A stretch of DNA of 38,381 nt from a virus. Its lineage: Duplodnaviria; Caudoviricetes. How positions within the stretch are numbered: the stretch's first letter is position 1; each line of letters starts with the position of its first letter. Of this stretch, positions 8,552 to 17,710 are shown one piece after another. The notes under the pieces were generated by a model, which saw nothing but the letters and a program-made list of their open reading frames with translations, searched no databases and was not told the DNA's origin. The stretch spans positions 1 through 38,381 of IMG/VR virus record IMGVR_UViG_3300032318_000218. One strand, 5' to 3'. The position numbers were made by a program, and so were the translations under genes.

Positions 8552-9117
8552 TATTCAAATATCCTTTCCTGGACCACCAACTGTACGGGCGGTGAAGTAT
8601 TGACGTCAAGCACCGACGCGATTTCTATTGCCTTGCGTGCCACACTCTTAGATGCGGCTAGTGTCTTGGTTGCTCCAGGTGCCAGGCTGTAGAGATATCC
8701 CAATGCTATCTGACCACCTGAACCAATACCGTATCTACCTTCTTGGTTAGATATAAAGCTCATATCGCAGGCTATGTGAAACAGGTTAGCGTCAAATGAA
8801 ATCAGGTAATCAAAGCCACCTTCTTTGTCTTGCTTAGCCCAGTCGTAACCGTGCTGTTCAAACGCACGGATGATGGATGGAATTATTTTCTTACCCATCC
8901 ATTGAATCGGATCTTCTCCGTTGTACGCAGGTGGATTCCAGTTGTATGCAAGCACATCACCTGGACGGGTATCACCAGTGATACCGATGAGATACCCATT
9001 GACCTCAATAATCTTTGGCGTGAGTAAACTAATAGTGCGTAAGTTTTCTTCGGTGATTTGTGAGTCAGCTGACATCACCACGAAGTCTTTACCAGAGATG
9101 CCCACAAGTGTTGTCAT
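8551..9117 (-). CDS. Proteasome beta-subunit/HslV-like Ntn hydrolase
   Basis: Re-started at ATG 9117: MTTLVGISGKDFVVMSADSQIT...PKI...ITGD...GIGSGG...D. N-terminal Thr nucleophile and other conserved Ntn motifs present. Confidence 0.85.
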   Translation of the reverse strand: MTTLVGISGKDFVVMSADSQITEENLRTISLLTPKIIEVNGYLIGITGDTRPGDVLAYNWNPPAYNGEDPIQWMGKKIIPSIIRAFEQHGYDWAKQDKEGGFDYLISFDANLFHIACDMSFISNQEGRYGIGSGGQIALGYLYSLAPGATKTLAASKSVARKAIEIASVLDVNTSPPVQLVVQERIFE

Positions 9118-9145
9118 AGAGTGAAGTGTATCACGACACGCCACG
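9118..9145 (-). promoter_or_regulatory. Probable leaderless promoter with GACAC (WhiA-type) box
   Basis: Minus strand GGC-GTGTC-GTGA-TACACT-TCACTCT-ATG: TANNNT -10 lies 7 nt before the ATG, with no Shine-Dalgarno. Confidence 0.6.
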
Positions 9146-9250
9146 AATCACTTTAATACTAGGCCGAGAGTTACTAGAGATTACAATATGAGCGTGAGCG
9201 AATTTACAGAGCGGCCCTCGATGGGCCGCAGCAGTAGCCGTACCGTTACT

Positions 9251-9484
9251 GTGCGGTTCCGTCTACCAACCCTGCGTAAATTCAAGCGCAAGTTACCCGA
9301 CAAATTTGGTAGCGACCTGCGAGAACTAGGACCGATTCACGTCTGTCCTTGTGGCTCTCAGGTCTTTTCTGTAATGGCATCCTTTGAAGACTTTGAACTT
9401 ACCTGGTACTTCTTAGATGGTACTTGTGTTAACTGTGGAAACCTTGTCACAGTTCCTTGCCCTGTAGACAAAGATAGTTTATAG
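9251..9484 (+). CDS. Small zinc-ribbon protein (sole plus-strand gene in the left half)
   Basis: HVCPCGS...CVNCG...CP. The ORF extends back to 9188 and the start is uncertain; GTG 9251 chosen because upstream bases form a hairpin (9210-9228). Confidence 0.65.
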   Translation: MRFRLPTLRKFKRKLPDKFGSDLRELGPIHVCPCGSQVFSVMASFEDFELTWYFLDGTCVNCGNLVTVPCPVDKDSL

Positions 9485-9550
9485 TTGCAGCAGAGCAGAT
9501 CCCTATGGTCTGTTCGAGTGCTGCTCCTGGGTATGAGCAAAACTGCCCAC

Positions 9551-9590
9551 AAATAAAAAAAGAAGCCCCACCCCTTTCGGGGTGGAGCCT
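9551..9590 (-). terminator. Rho-independent terminator of the late operon
   Basis: Minus strand CCACCCC-GAAA-GGGGTGG followed by GGCTTCTTTTTTT; lies between convergent genes. Confidence 0.8.
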
Positions 9591-9614
9591 CTGTTGTGCC
9601 TCGCGCTTATCGGG

Positions 9615-9806
9615 TTACTTGCACCCGCGACCAAACTCTTTTGCATTTGGATCTAGTGCCTTAAGCACTGGACCTGCAACGGCTGCTACTGCTGCCATTG
9701 CTAATGTCTTTAGGTCTGTTTCTCCTGCGAGATATAAAGCTAATACTGCTGCAATACCTGCACGTAGGTAGGTAACTGCTATTGCCTTCATCTTTACGAT
9801 ATCCAT
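9615..9806 (-). CDS. Putative holin
   Basis: 63 aa, two hydrophobic helices, C-terminal 'LDPNAKEFGRG'; follows the putative lysin. Confidence 0.65.
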   Translation of the reverse strand: MDIVKMKAIAVTYLRAGIAAVLALYLAGETDLKTLAMAAVAAVAGPVLKALDPNAKEFGRGCK

Positions 9807-10276
9807 TAGTTCTCCTTTGGACTTGTTGGTTCTTTCTTCTTAGCCTTTACCTTAGTTACCTTAGCCTTTACCTTATTGAAAGGTGCTGGTTCTGGCATCC
9901 AAGGAAACCAAGAAGAAGTATTGTTTTCACACTGCTTTTTAATAGATATATGCAGGTGTTTATTGTGTTGATTAGGACCTGTGTAGTCACGTTCGCCCTT
10001 AGACTTTGACCAAATTTTTCCTTTGAAAATCAAGTACTCAACTCTGTCATCATTTTGTAACTCTGAATAGATAGCAGAACAATTAACTCCAGCCACAGGG
10101 TCGTGTGTTAAATCTACTGCGTGTCCTGAGTTATGGTCTGAATTAGGATTCTGGTGGACGTGTGCCTTAGATGGGAGCAGCCCATCGGATGCTTTCATCC
10201 TCTTCGGCCATATCGCTGTTGCTTGTCGTAGTACTGCTATTGCAGCAGGCGTCGCTTTTTTTGCAAGTGGAATCAT
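9806..10276 (-). CDS. Putative endolysin, zinc peptidase (M15/Hedgehog-like)
   Basis: SDHNSGHAVD (H-x6-D) and HNKHLH zinc-ligand motifs; Lys-rich tail. Confidence 0.65.
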   Translation of the reverse strand: MIPLAKKATPAAIAVLRQATAIWPKRMKASDGLLPSKAHVHQNPNSDHNSGHAVDLTHDPVAGVNCSAIYSELQNDDRVEYLIFKGKIWSKSKGERDYTGPNQHNKHLHISIKKQCENNTSSWFPWMPEPAPFNKVKAKVTKVKAKKKEPTSPKEN

Positions 10277-10476
10277 TATTCACCTCGTTGTAGTAATATT
10301 TCATAAATTTTGTCAACGCGATCCTCTAATCTATTGATGGAATCTCGAAGGCTTGAGCCACCATTGGGGCGAAGTTCACTTAAATACTTTTTAATTATCC
10401 AACGAAGTGTTGCACCAATAGCTGCAATTACTGCTAACGCTCCAGATATTGTGGTGGCCCATTCGGAAACAGACAT
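10276..10476 (-). CDS. Small single-TM membrane protein (lysis module)
   Basis: N-terminal TM, then 'ELRPNGGSSLRD' and a coiled coil. Confidence 0.65.
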   Translation of the reverse strand: MSVSEWATTISGALAVIAAIGATLRWIIKKYLSELRPNGGSSLRDSINRLEDRVDKIYEILLQRGE

Positions 10477-12446
10477 TAGATGCTCCTGATAGTAACTAGT
10501 AGAACGCCGCCATATCCTGTGAAGCGTTTGTCGGTAGGTGTCTTGTTGGTAAAGTCCATCTCTTCAATAAGTCCAAGGAATGATTCACCAGTACGGAAAT
10601 CCTGTACGCGGATGGTGTCACCAACATTTTCAATCTGTTCTAGTGCAGACATACGATCATAGGCTGAGCCTTCGTAGCCAACTTTGTTATTGAACCTATC
10701 TGACTCACCGTCATAGCACATTACTGGGAACTGAATCAGGCGCTGACGTGGGATAGATGGAAGTGAGTTAACCTGGTATCCAGTAAAGAGTGGACCCTTG
10801 GTTGAGTCAGTAGATGAACGAGTCATTACAAACTTAAAGCCAAGGTATTGCTGAGGTCCTTGTGGGTATGGAATACCTACTTGGTCAAGCTCTGAACCTT
10901 GAGTAAAAACACCAATATTAAATTCAGTGCCATCTGCTGCAACAGAAAGTATGCTTAATCCACCATCAGTTGTATTAAAGCGTGGAGTAAGTAACTTAAA
11001 GATTTTGTTTTCTAATGTGTTGTAACGAATAAAGCCAGTACGTAGTTCTGCTTCAGCAATTTTAACTGTAGCTGATTCTGAATACACAGCACCATTAGTT
11101 GCGCCATTATTGCTAGAAACATAAGATAGTCTGTCTAGGTTGCCCAAGAAAGCACAGGCTGTTGTTACACGTGAAGTTACGCTTGGGTAATAAAGATCAT
11201 AAGCGTAGGCAAATACTAGACTAGATACTTCTTGACCTAGGTTTACACGGATAACTCCAGGTGAACTCTCTACTCCAGTAGCACACCATAGGAATTTATC
11301 TCGTGCTGCAAAGTCATAGCAAGGTTGGCTTGTCTCTACTAGCAACGGACCATACGAAATGGCTCCGTCTGTTGTGTCAGACACAGAAGCAATACGGATA
11401 CCTAAATTTGTACCAATAGCCATAAAGCCAAGGTAATAATAAATCTTATAAATTACTTCACCTACTGGCATTTCAGCTGCAGTAATAGCACTAGTCAATG
11501 CAGGCATAGCACCTGCTGTAGTCAGTGTAAATTTTTGTATGTTAGATTGGATGCCGCTATAACCAGATAGATAGATAGCAGTACCAGATGAAGTGATGCT
11601 GGTATAAATAAATCCAGTATTTGGGTGGCTATACACAGCAGTAGGTAGGACTGTTGCTGTTGTAGCAAATTCATAGACAGAGTTGTTGACTGTCATTACA
11701 AGACGTTCTTTAGTAAACTCAATAACAGCGTTAGTTGCAATAATACTTGCTGATGTAAACATAGATGTAGCAGATACTGTGCTGTCATCTGATAGCAGTT
11801 TCTTGAGTACTTCCACATAACCAGTGCTTGCATTGTTAATAACCCAATAAGCATAGACACCATCATCGCACATAGAAAATACAGGAGTGCCTGCTGTATA
11901 AGTTTGGAATGCTGTAACTGTCCCAGCTGAATCAATCTTTTTAATCAAGTAATCATCTGATACTAAAATACCGTCATAAGTTGTTGTGCTAATTTTCCAA
12001 CGAATAGATCGTGTGTATTGATTAGGACGGTTGTTAGTTCTAATAGCACCAATAGTTGCATAGCCAGATGTGCTTTCATTGAGCAGGGTTACTTGACCCT
12101 TGCTCCATACGTCACAGCCTTTGCTGTATGTATATTGGAAACGTAGCGATTCATCTTGAGCAGGTTCAAAGAATCTAATGCCTTGACCTAAATGGAATGT
12201 TGATTGGCTTCTAATCCACCAACCAGTTAGTGTCTGCTCACCAGGCTCACGGGTAGTATCAAGCTGTTGTTTGCGGTACTGAGCCGTTACACGGCGATAC
12301 GGAGTCTCATCGCTGGTCTCTAAGAAAAAAGGTTGACCAGCAATAGCAATGTCATAGGCGACAGATGTTAGACCGAATGCACCAGTGGTTACTGGATTGG
12401 ACAGTGGATACGGGATTGGATCCGTAATGTCTGCGCCGTATGGCAT
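10476..12446 (-). CDS. Tail structural protein (nozzle/tail tubular protein B-like, beta-rich)
   Basis: 656 aa, S/T/aromatic beta-rich; located at the end of the tail module. Confidence 0.6.
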   Translation of the reverse strand: MPYGADITDPIPYPLSNPVTTGAFGLTSVAYDIAIAGQPFFLETSDETPYRRVTAQYRKQQLDTTREPGEQTLTGWWIRSQSTFHLGQGIRFFEPAQDESLRFQYTYSKGCDVWSKGQVTLLNESTSGYATIGAIRTNNRPNQYTRSIRWKISTTTYDGILVSDDYLIKKIDSAGTVTAFQTYTAGTPVFSMCDDGVYAYWVINNASTGYVEVLKKLLSDDSTVSATSMFTSASIIATNAVIEFTKERLVMTVNNSVYEFATTATVLPTAVYSHPNTGFIYTSITSSGTAIYLSGYSGIQSNIQKFTLTTAGAMPALTSAITAAEMPVGEVIYKIYYYLGFMAIGTNLGIRIASVSDTTDGAISYGPLLVETSQPCYDFAARDKFLWCATGVESSPGVIRVNLGQEVSSLVFAYAYDLYYPSVTSRVTTACAFLGNLDRLSYVSSNNGATNGAVYSESATVKIAEAELRTGFIRYNTLENKIFKLLTPRFNTTDGGLSILSVAADGTEFNIGVFTQGSELDQVGIPYPQGPQQYLGFKFVMTRSSTDSTKGPLFTGYQVNSLPSIPRQRLIQFPVMCYDGESDRFNNKVGYEGSAYDRMSALEQIENVGDTIRVQDFRTGESFLGLIEEMDFTNKTPTDKRFTGYGGVLLVTIRSI

Positions 12447-12456
12447 TTATTCTCCC

Positions 12457-13146
12457 TTATTTATATTCCTTTGGTTGTCTAAATTGTGATTTGTAAGAGT
12501 CAAAGAATCGTGTACGAAGTTTAATTACTGTTCTTTGTTGGCTTTCAAGTTCTTCTTGAGATCCAAGATTCATTTCCCAAGAATCACGTTTGAATGGAAT
12601 GACTTGAGCCATTGGAGTACCAGCAGGAATTAATCCTTCAAATTCAATATTGTTAAGAACAAAAGGAAAATTAACAGGTCCATTGTATGTATCAGTATCT
12701 ACCACACCTGGAAGAATTGTAAATATAGATTCTCTGTGCATTGGTTGCGTAAACAATACAGAATATCCAGGTGGTGTTTGAATTGACCAAGGGTTTATCC
12801 ATTTAGGATACGATATTTGATGACCATTTCTATTTGGATGATCTGGTGCTTGTTCAACTGGATGCCATTGGATAGGTTCAAAAGAAGGCCATTCATACCA
12901 AGGTATTCCATCTTTTTGGGATACCCACACATCTGTATATGTGTATAAAATATATCCATTAGTAATAGAGTCAAAAACTGGCATACATCTTTTAATAGTT
13001 CCACTGGTCATACCTTCACCGTTAGGCTTTTTCTTACCTTCAAGGTATGATTCCATATTTTTATACCAATCAGGTACGGATGCACTTGCTGGTTTAGGAA
13101 AAAATTCTTCTGGGATTTCTGTAGTTTTAGTAAATGTAATTTTCAT
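12457..13146 (-). CDS. Uncharacterised protein with dUTPase-like motifs (paralog 2)
   Basis: PDWYK, TIKRCMP, PWSIQTPPGYSVL, LPGVVDTDTY, GTPMAQVIPFKR. Confidence 0.6.
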   Translation of the reverse strand: MKITFTKTTEIPEEFFPKPASASVPDWYKNMESYLEGKKKPNGEGMTSGTIKRCMPVFDSITNGYILYTYTDVWVSQKDGIPWYEWPSFEPIQWHPVEQAPDHPNRNGHQISYPKWINPWSIQTPPGYSVLFTQPMHRESIFTILPGVVDTDTYNGPVNFPFVLNNIEFEGLIPAGTPMAQVIPFKRDSWEMNLGSQEELESQQRTVIKLRTRFFDSYKSQFRQPKEYK

Positions 13147-13893
13147 TTACTGTTCCAAATCTAAATTTTGTTTGTCTGTTTCTTTTTTTCTTTTAATATA
13201 TTCTTTATTTCTAAAGAGTTTAGTTTTATAATACATATCAGAAATTGCAATCTTTTCTTTATCTTCTTCGGTTGCTTCTCTGTACTCCATAGACAACGTG
13301 TCATTTCTTTTGAAAGGTATATATTGAGCAATGGGGGTGCCACGTTCAATAACAATTTGTTTTTTATCTGAATGAAGCAATATCTGTATATTCAAAGTAT
13401 GTTCTACGTCAGATGCAAATATTCCTGGTAGCACAGTAAAATCTTTATTAAAATTATAAAACATAGGTAATTGCAAAACTGAATATCCTAAAGGAGTGAT
13501 CATTGACCAAGGACTTACGGCTTTGAATACCGCGTATCCAGAATCACCTCTTACTAAAGGTTGAGCTGTGTCTACAAACTGAGTTGGTGGGTGTATCTCC
13601 CAATGAAAATCAGAACTTGGAGTTTTCCAAAACCAGTCACCCGTTTTTTTGTCAAAATCAATTATAGTATCTGTCCACATTGGTACTACATAACCTTGTG
13701 AAAAATAATCAGGAAAAGATGGACAGTTTTTTATATTGCCAAAATCAATATCGTGTTCAGCAATACTTGGTTCTCCAATAACTGTTTTTTTCCACCAATC
13801 AGGAATTGTTTTTTGCATTGGTTTTGGAACACATTCTTCTATTTTAGAAATATAAGGAATGTTTGAAACAAAAGTAATTTTTTGTTTTTCCAT
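13147..13893 (-). CDS. Uncharacterised protein with dUTPase-like motifs (paralog 1)
   Basis: PDWWK, NIKNCPS, PWSMITPLGYSVL, LPGIFASD, GTPIAQYIPFKR; colinear with its neighbour. Confidence 0.6.
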   Translation of the reverse strand: MEKQKITFVSNIPYISKIEECVPKPMQKTIPDWWKKTVIGEPSIAEHDIDFGNIKNCPSFPDYFSQGYVVPMWTDTIIDFDKKTGDWFWKTPSSDFHWEIHPPTQFVDTAQPLVRGDSGYAVFKAVSPWSMITPLGYSVLQLPMFYNFNKDFTVLPGIFASDVEHTLNIQILLHSDKKQIVIERGTPIAQYIPFKRNDTLSMEYREATEEDKEKIAISDMYYKTKLFRNKEYIKRKKETDKQNLDLEQ

Positions 13894-13912
13894 TTTTTAC
13901 CCCTAACGTTAC

Positions 13913-14596
13913 TTACGCTTTGTTAGCGTAGGTACAAATATACTCCTTAAATTTCTCCTCAGTCAAGTCAGGCACGGTAGGGATTGCAAGTGTTTCTTTC
14001 TTAAAAGTGTTCCATCTATCAAAGAAATCTTGATTATCAATGATCTCATCTAGTGAAAAATTTATATCCAAATTGTAGGTAGATTCAACGTAGACTGATT
14101 CCATAGCCCACGACCAAAACAAAGTATGGTTAGGTACATTCTGTGCTATTTGTTTCATACTCTTAATTTGGTCAATAGCAGAAAAAAGTTCGTAATGATC
14201 TAATAAAATACAATCGTATTTTGTATCAGTTTTATACGTATCAACGTCTGCTATTTCTATTGTTACGTTAGGTGGCAATATATTTTTGGACAAAAATATA
14301 TCTACAACTTCTTGAGATATTTCTATAATATGGATTGATTCTACTTCTGGCTTATTAGCAAGCCATAAAGCAAGGATACCAAATCCTAAACCGCCCATTA
14401 AAATTTTACCGTATCCTAGGTCATAACTAGAATACAATTCTTTTGCTTCTTTATTTGTATAAAGGTCATACATCATTACTCGACCTTTATTAGTAAACAA
14501 ATAGTAGTACCTGTTATCTTTCTTGAAAATTTTTACATCATTTTTTTCATCTTCAGTAAGCCTAATCTTTGGCACTGTTTTTAGATTAAATGACAT
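13913..14596 (-). CDS. Class I SAM-dependent methyltransferase (spermidine-synthase-like fold)
   Basis: ILMGGLGFG motif I, IIEIS acidic motif II, IADV, YDCILLDH. Start set at ATG 14596 after AGAGGA. Confidence 0.75.
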   Translation of the reverse strand: MSFNLKTVPKIRLTEDEKNDVKIFKKDNRYYYLFTNKGRVMMYDLYTNKEAKELYSSYDLGYGKILMGGLGFGILALWLANKPEVESIHIIEISQEVVDIFLSKNILPPNVTIEIADVDTYKTDTKYDCILLDHYELFSAIDQIKSMKQIAQNVPNHTLFWSWAMESVYVESTYNLDINFSLDEIIDNQDFFDRWNTFKKETLAIPTVPDLTEEKFKEYICTYANKA

Positions 14597-14598
14597 TT

Positions 14599-14859
14599 TT
14601 ATTCCTCTATTATAAATGTATCTTCCAATATTGTTAATGGTACCAAACTCCATTGATTGAGTTCAATATCCCAAGTATACTCTAAACCATCAACAGGATA
14701 TGGAGCTTGCCATATACCTGATGCTCGTGTCCATCCTATACTTTTAATCCCATCATCTTCTAAGGCTTCAGCAGAAAAAGAGTTTTCAACATATTCTTTT
14801 GAGTCAGCTATAATAAAATCAATAATTATATCATCTTTAATTACAAACCAATTAGCCAT
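14599..14859 (-). CDS. Small tail-fibre-associated protein
   Basis: 86 aa, 'SIGWT...WQAPYP...YTWD...QW'; directly after the Gly-rich tip gene. Confidence 0.5.
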   Translation of the reverse strand: MANWFVIKDDIIIDFIIADSKEYVENSFSAEALEDDGIKSIGWTRASGIWQAPYPVDGLEYTWDIELNQWSLVPLTILEDTFIIEE

Positions 14860-14867
14860 TATATTTT

Positions 14868-15932
14868 CTACTTTCCATATATGTAAACTATACCAGCAAG
14901 TCCTGCCGATCCACTTCCACCAACATAGCCAGAAGGTCCACCTCCACCTCCACCACCACTGCCTCCCGAACCTCTGTTAGTAGGTGCGTTGGCATTTCCA
15001 CCGTTTGCGTTACTACCATTTCCACCATTACCGCCACCAATATTACTTACACCTCCAGCAGCTGAGCTTGAAGGACTAAAGTTATCTCCACCTCCACCAC
15101 CACCAGCGCCGCTATTTGTTCCACTAAAATTTAATGTTCCTAAACCATCTAAATTTATTGAATAAGTATTAGCAGAGTTGTTGACACCGCCAGCATTTGC
15201 TGAAGTTCTAGGACGAGAATAACCTCCTACACCGCCAGTTGAAGCGCCTGCATTAATAAATGTTCTAGTCATAGAGTTAGCATTATTTGTAACTGTGCCA
15301 CCAGATACAGTTAAGAAACCGCCAAACACATTTGTATTTCCTGCGTTTTGATTTTGCGCTCCGCCAGCACCAATGTTCACAGAATAAGTAGTTCCTGGGG
15401 TTAAGATTTCATCTTTGAATCCAGCCCAAGCTGCACTTACTCCTCCAGCACCACCGTTGCCACCATAGGCTGTGTATCCTAAACGAAGGGTAACTGAATA
15501 TCCTGATCCTCCGCCAAATCCGCCCTGACCACCACCTGTTGCAACTGCAGCAAGACGAGTAACTGTATTTGGAATCGTAAAGTTTCCAGAACTTGTAAAG
15601 GTTGCAAGTAGAGCATAATTTGCAGCAGGTACTATTGAATTAGATGCTGCAGATTCATCTGAGGATATGCCATAAGATGTAGTTGCTTTGACTGTGAATG
15701 TATAAGTAGTTCCTGTTGACAAACCAGATACTGTGATAGGTGTAGATGTTGAAGATCCAGTAAGTGAACCAGGAGATGAAGTAGCTGTGTATGTAACCGT
15801 TCCACCTTTACCTACATAAGCAGGTGCTGTGTAAGCAACGGTTGCAGTGGCTGCTCCAGTTGCTGTAGCTGTACCAATAGTAGGTGTACCTGGTTTACCA
15901 CCACCAGATGCTGCTGATCCTATAATTAACAT
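14868..15932 (-). CDS. Tail fibre tip/adhesin: FN3-like domain plus glycine-rich domain
   Basis: PGTPTIG...YTATS...VSGLSTGTTYTFTVKA...S (FN3 pattern); multiple GGGG loops ending 'GSAGLAGIVYIY'. Confidence 0.75.
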   Translation of the reverse strand: MLIIGSAASGGGKPGTPTIGTATATGAATATVAYTAPAYVGKGGTVTYTATSSPGSLTGSSTSTPITVSGLSTGTTYTFTVKATTSYGISSDESAASNSIVPAANYALLATFTSSGNFTIPNTVTRLAAVATGGGQGGFGGGSGYSVTLRLGYTAYGGNGGAGGVSAAWAGFKDEILTPGTTYSVNIGAGGAQNQNAGNTNVFGGFLTVSGGTVTNNANSMTRTFINAGASTGGVGGYSRPRTSANAGGVNNSANTYSINLDGLGTLNFSGTNSGAGGGGGGDNFSPSSSAAGGVSNIGGGNGGNGSNANGGNANAPTNRGSGGSGGGGGGGPSGYVGGSGSAGLAGIVYIYGK

Positions 15933-16798
15933 TAGACCGCCAAATCTCCTAGTAATAGGAATGTGTTAACTGCTATACAAACAAGAGCTGCTGTAGAATA
16001 TTGTGCTCTTAATAATGTTCCAGGAGTAGCATAAAGCACAGATGTTCCATCTGAATCAATAGTAACAACTCCAGTACCAAGACCTGCAATAGCAATTTGT
16101 TGACCTATTGCAAAGATGCCGTTTGGCACAACAATAGTTTTAGGATCAGTTGAATTCATAGTAATTAACTTGCCAGCATCAGATGCAATTAAAGTATAAT
16201 TATCTGTCTTAGCATTAATTACAACATTAACTGGACTCCACGATGTAGCAGAACCATCAGTTGTAAGATACTTACCACTGTTTCCTGCCTGAGATGGAAT
16301 TTCTGTAGCACTTGCTGCCCATTTAATACCTGCAGTTTGTGTGCTATCCGCAGTTAAAACATAACCATTGGATCCCAAGGCCACACGAGCAACAACGCCA
16401 GAAGCACTTGCTGCAAGTACATCACCTTTAGCAGTTACTAAAGACTCTGGAATTGCTGCATCTGCTGTAGCTACACCATCACGAAAAAATATAAGGTCAG
16501 AACTGGTAAGCACGTGCTTGACTGTAGCCCCTGAATTGTGAGCAATAGCAGTAGATCCTGCTTGTCCTCGAACAATAGTAAAATCGTTACCAGAGTTGGC
16601 AGTGATATAAACAATTTCTTCACTAGCAGTGTCTGGGTCAATGGCAACTGTAAAGATGTCAGTGTTACCTGCAGCAAGGGTTACTCCACCAAGAAGTGCT
16701 CCAGCTGTACCTGCTGCTACTGTCATTAGAGTAGCGCTGTTTGACAAACTTCCAGCCAGCGTTGTTTCTATACTGATACTTGAATATTCACGTGTCAT
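15932..16798 (-). CDS. Tail fibre protein
   Basis: 'EEIVYIT...TIVRGQAGSTAIAH..GATV' anchor, 'TAKGDVL', 'GKYLTTDG' repeats, C-terminal 'YTL..SDAGK...GDL' domain. Confidence 0.75.
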   Translation of the reverse strand: MTREYSSISIETTLAGSLSNSATLMTVAAGTAGALLGGVTLAAGNTDIFTVAIDPDTASEEIVYITANSGNDFTIVRGQAGSTAIAHNSGATVKHVLTSSDLIFFRDGVATADAAIPESLVTAKGDVLAASASGVVARVALGSNGYVLTADSTQTAGIKWAASATEIPSQAGNSGKYLTTDGSATSWSPVNVVINAKTDNYTLIASDAGKLITMNSTDPKTIVVPNGIFAIGQQIAIAGLGTGVVTIDSDGTSVLYATPGTLLRAQYSTAALVCIAVNTFLLLGDLAV

Positions 16799-16807
16799 TA
16801 TTTTTCC

Positions 16808-17710
16808 TTATTTGCTGTAGTGAACGCGGATTGGATAACGGTTCTGCATCTTGATTGCTTCTTCTTGCAAACGTTGCTGGAATAAAGCAAAGACATATTT
16901 AGAACTTGAAGCACCTGCAGTTGATGGCAATTTAGCATCAGCTAAATCTGCTTCTGCTGAGGTAAGGTTAATGCGACCTGAATCCACGTATGAGAGGAGT
17001 CTGTAACAAGCACCAAGAGTAACGACGTCTCGGCACGATTCTGGTAATCCTGTAACATCAGTGAAATTATCATTAGCGTTAGTAAGGGTGTTTGGGATAG
17101 CCGAATACCATACTTGGACGTTACGACCAGGCATAATTTTTTCATAGATATTCACCGTTGCTGTAGTATCAAATGCTGCTACGTTAGCCATACGGTCCAT
17201 ACGCCAACGGTTTACTGGTAGCCACTCACGAGATGGGCCAACAGTCTGCCAAGAAATGTATAGTGCATCACGAGCCTGTGATGGTAATGGGTACGCAACT
17301 TGTGCTGCGTTAAAAGTAAATACTGTTGATTGTGTTGAGAATAGTTTTGGATAGAACGAGTTAATCGTATCGTTGATTGCTTGCTCAACAACAGTTCGTG
17401 GAAATGTTGGAGTCAAAGTAATCTGTGCATTCTCAGCGTGAGGTGAAGGTGTGGTTCCATTATACCCACGACCAAAGCCTGGGATAACGTTAAGCGTATT
17501 ATTTCCTACGTTGAATGAATCAATCCACATCATCTCATTATCAATTTCGATAATACCTTTAGCAAGGTTATCTGCTGATCCAATAATGATACTTCTGTCT
17601 GTTGAGTTAATACCACCAGGGTTAGCAAGGTAAGTAATGCGGTCTTGACGCAGGGTGTAACCAGCTAGGTTAGACCGTACTTCATCAACCATCTCTGCGA
17701 ATGTTGCCAT
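16808..17710 (-). CDS. Head-tail adaptor/tail tubular protein A-like
   Basis: 'MATFAEMVDEVR' N-terminal helix, 'INDTIN', 'YPLPS', 'LPESCRDVVTLGA'; position in the tail module. Confidence 0.6.
   Translation of the reverse strand: MATFAEMVDEVRSNLAGYTLRQDRITYLANPGGINSTDRSIIIGSADNLAKGIIEIDNEMMWIDSFNVGNNTLNVIPGFGRGYNGTTPSPHAENAQITLTPTFPRTVVEQAINDTINSFYPKLFSTQSTVFTFNAAQVAYPLPSQARDALYISWQTVGPSREWLPVNRWRMDRMANVAAFDTTATVNIYEKIMPGRNVQVWYSAIPNTLTNANDNFTDVTGLPESCRDVVTLGACYRLLSYVDSGRINLTSAEADLADAKLPSTAGASSSKYVFALFQQRLQEEAIKMQNRYPIRVHYSK

Noticed and set aside
9358-9771. ORFs 9358..9552 (-) and 9505..9771 (+)
   Set aside because: Antisense to better-supported genes; the plus-strand one also runs through the terminator hairpin.
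13913-14596. DNA methyltransferase
   Set aside because: No DPPY/NPPY or PC catalytic motif; the pattern fits a small-molecule or protein methyltransferase better.
14868-16798. Diversity-generating retroelement acting on tail fibres
   Set aside because: No reverse transcriptase and no template/variable repeat pair seen in the window.
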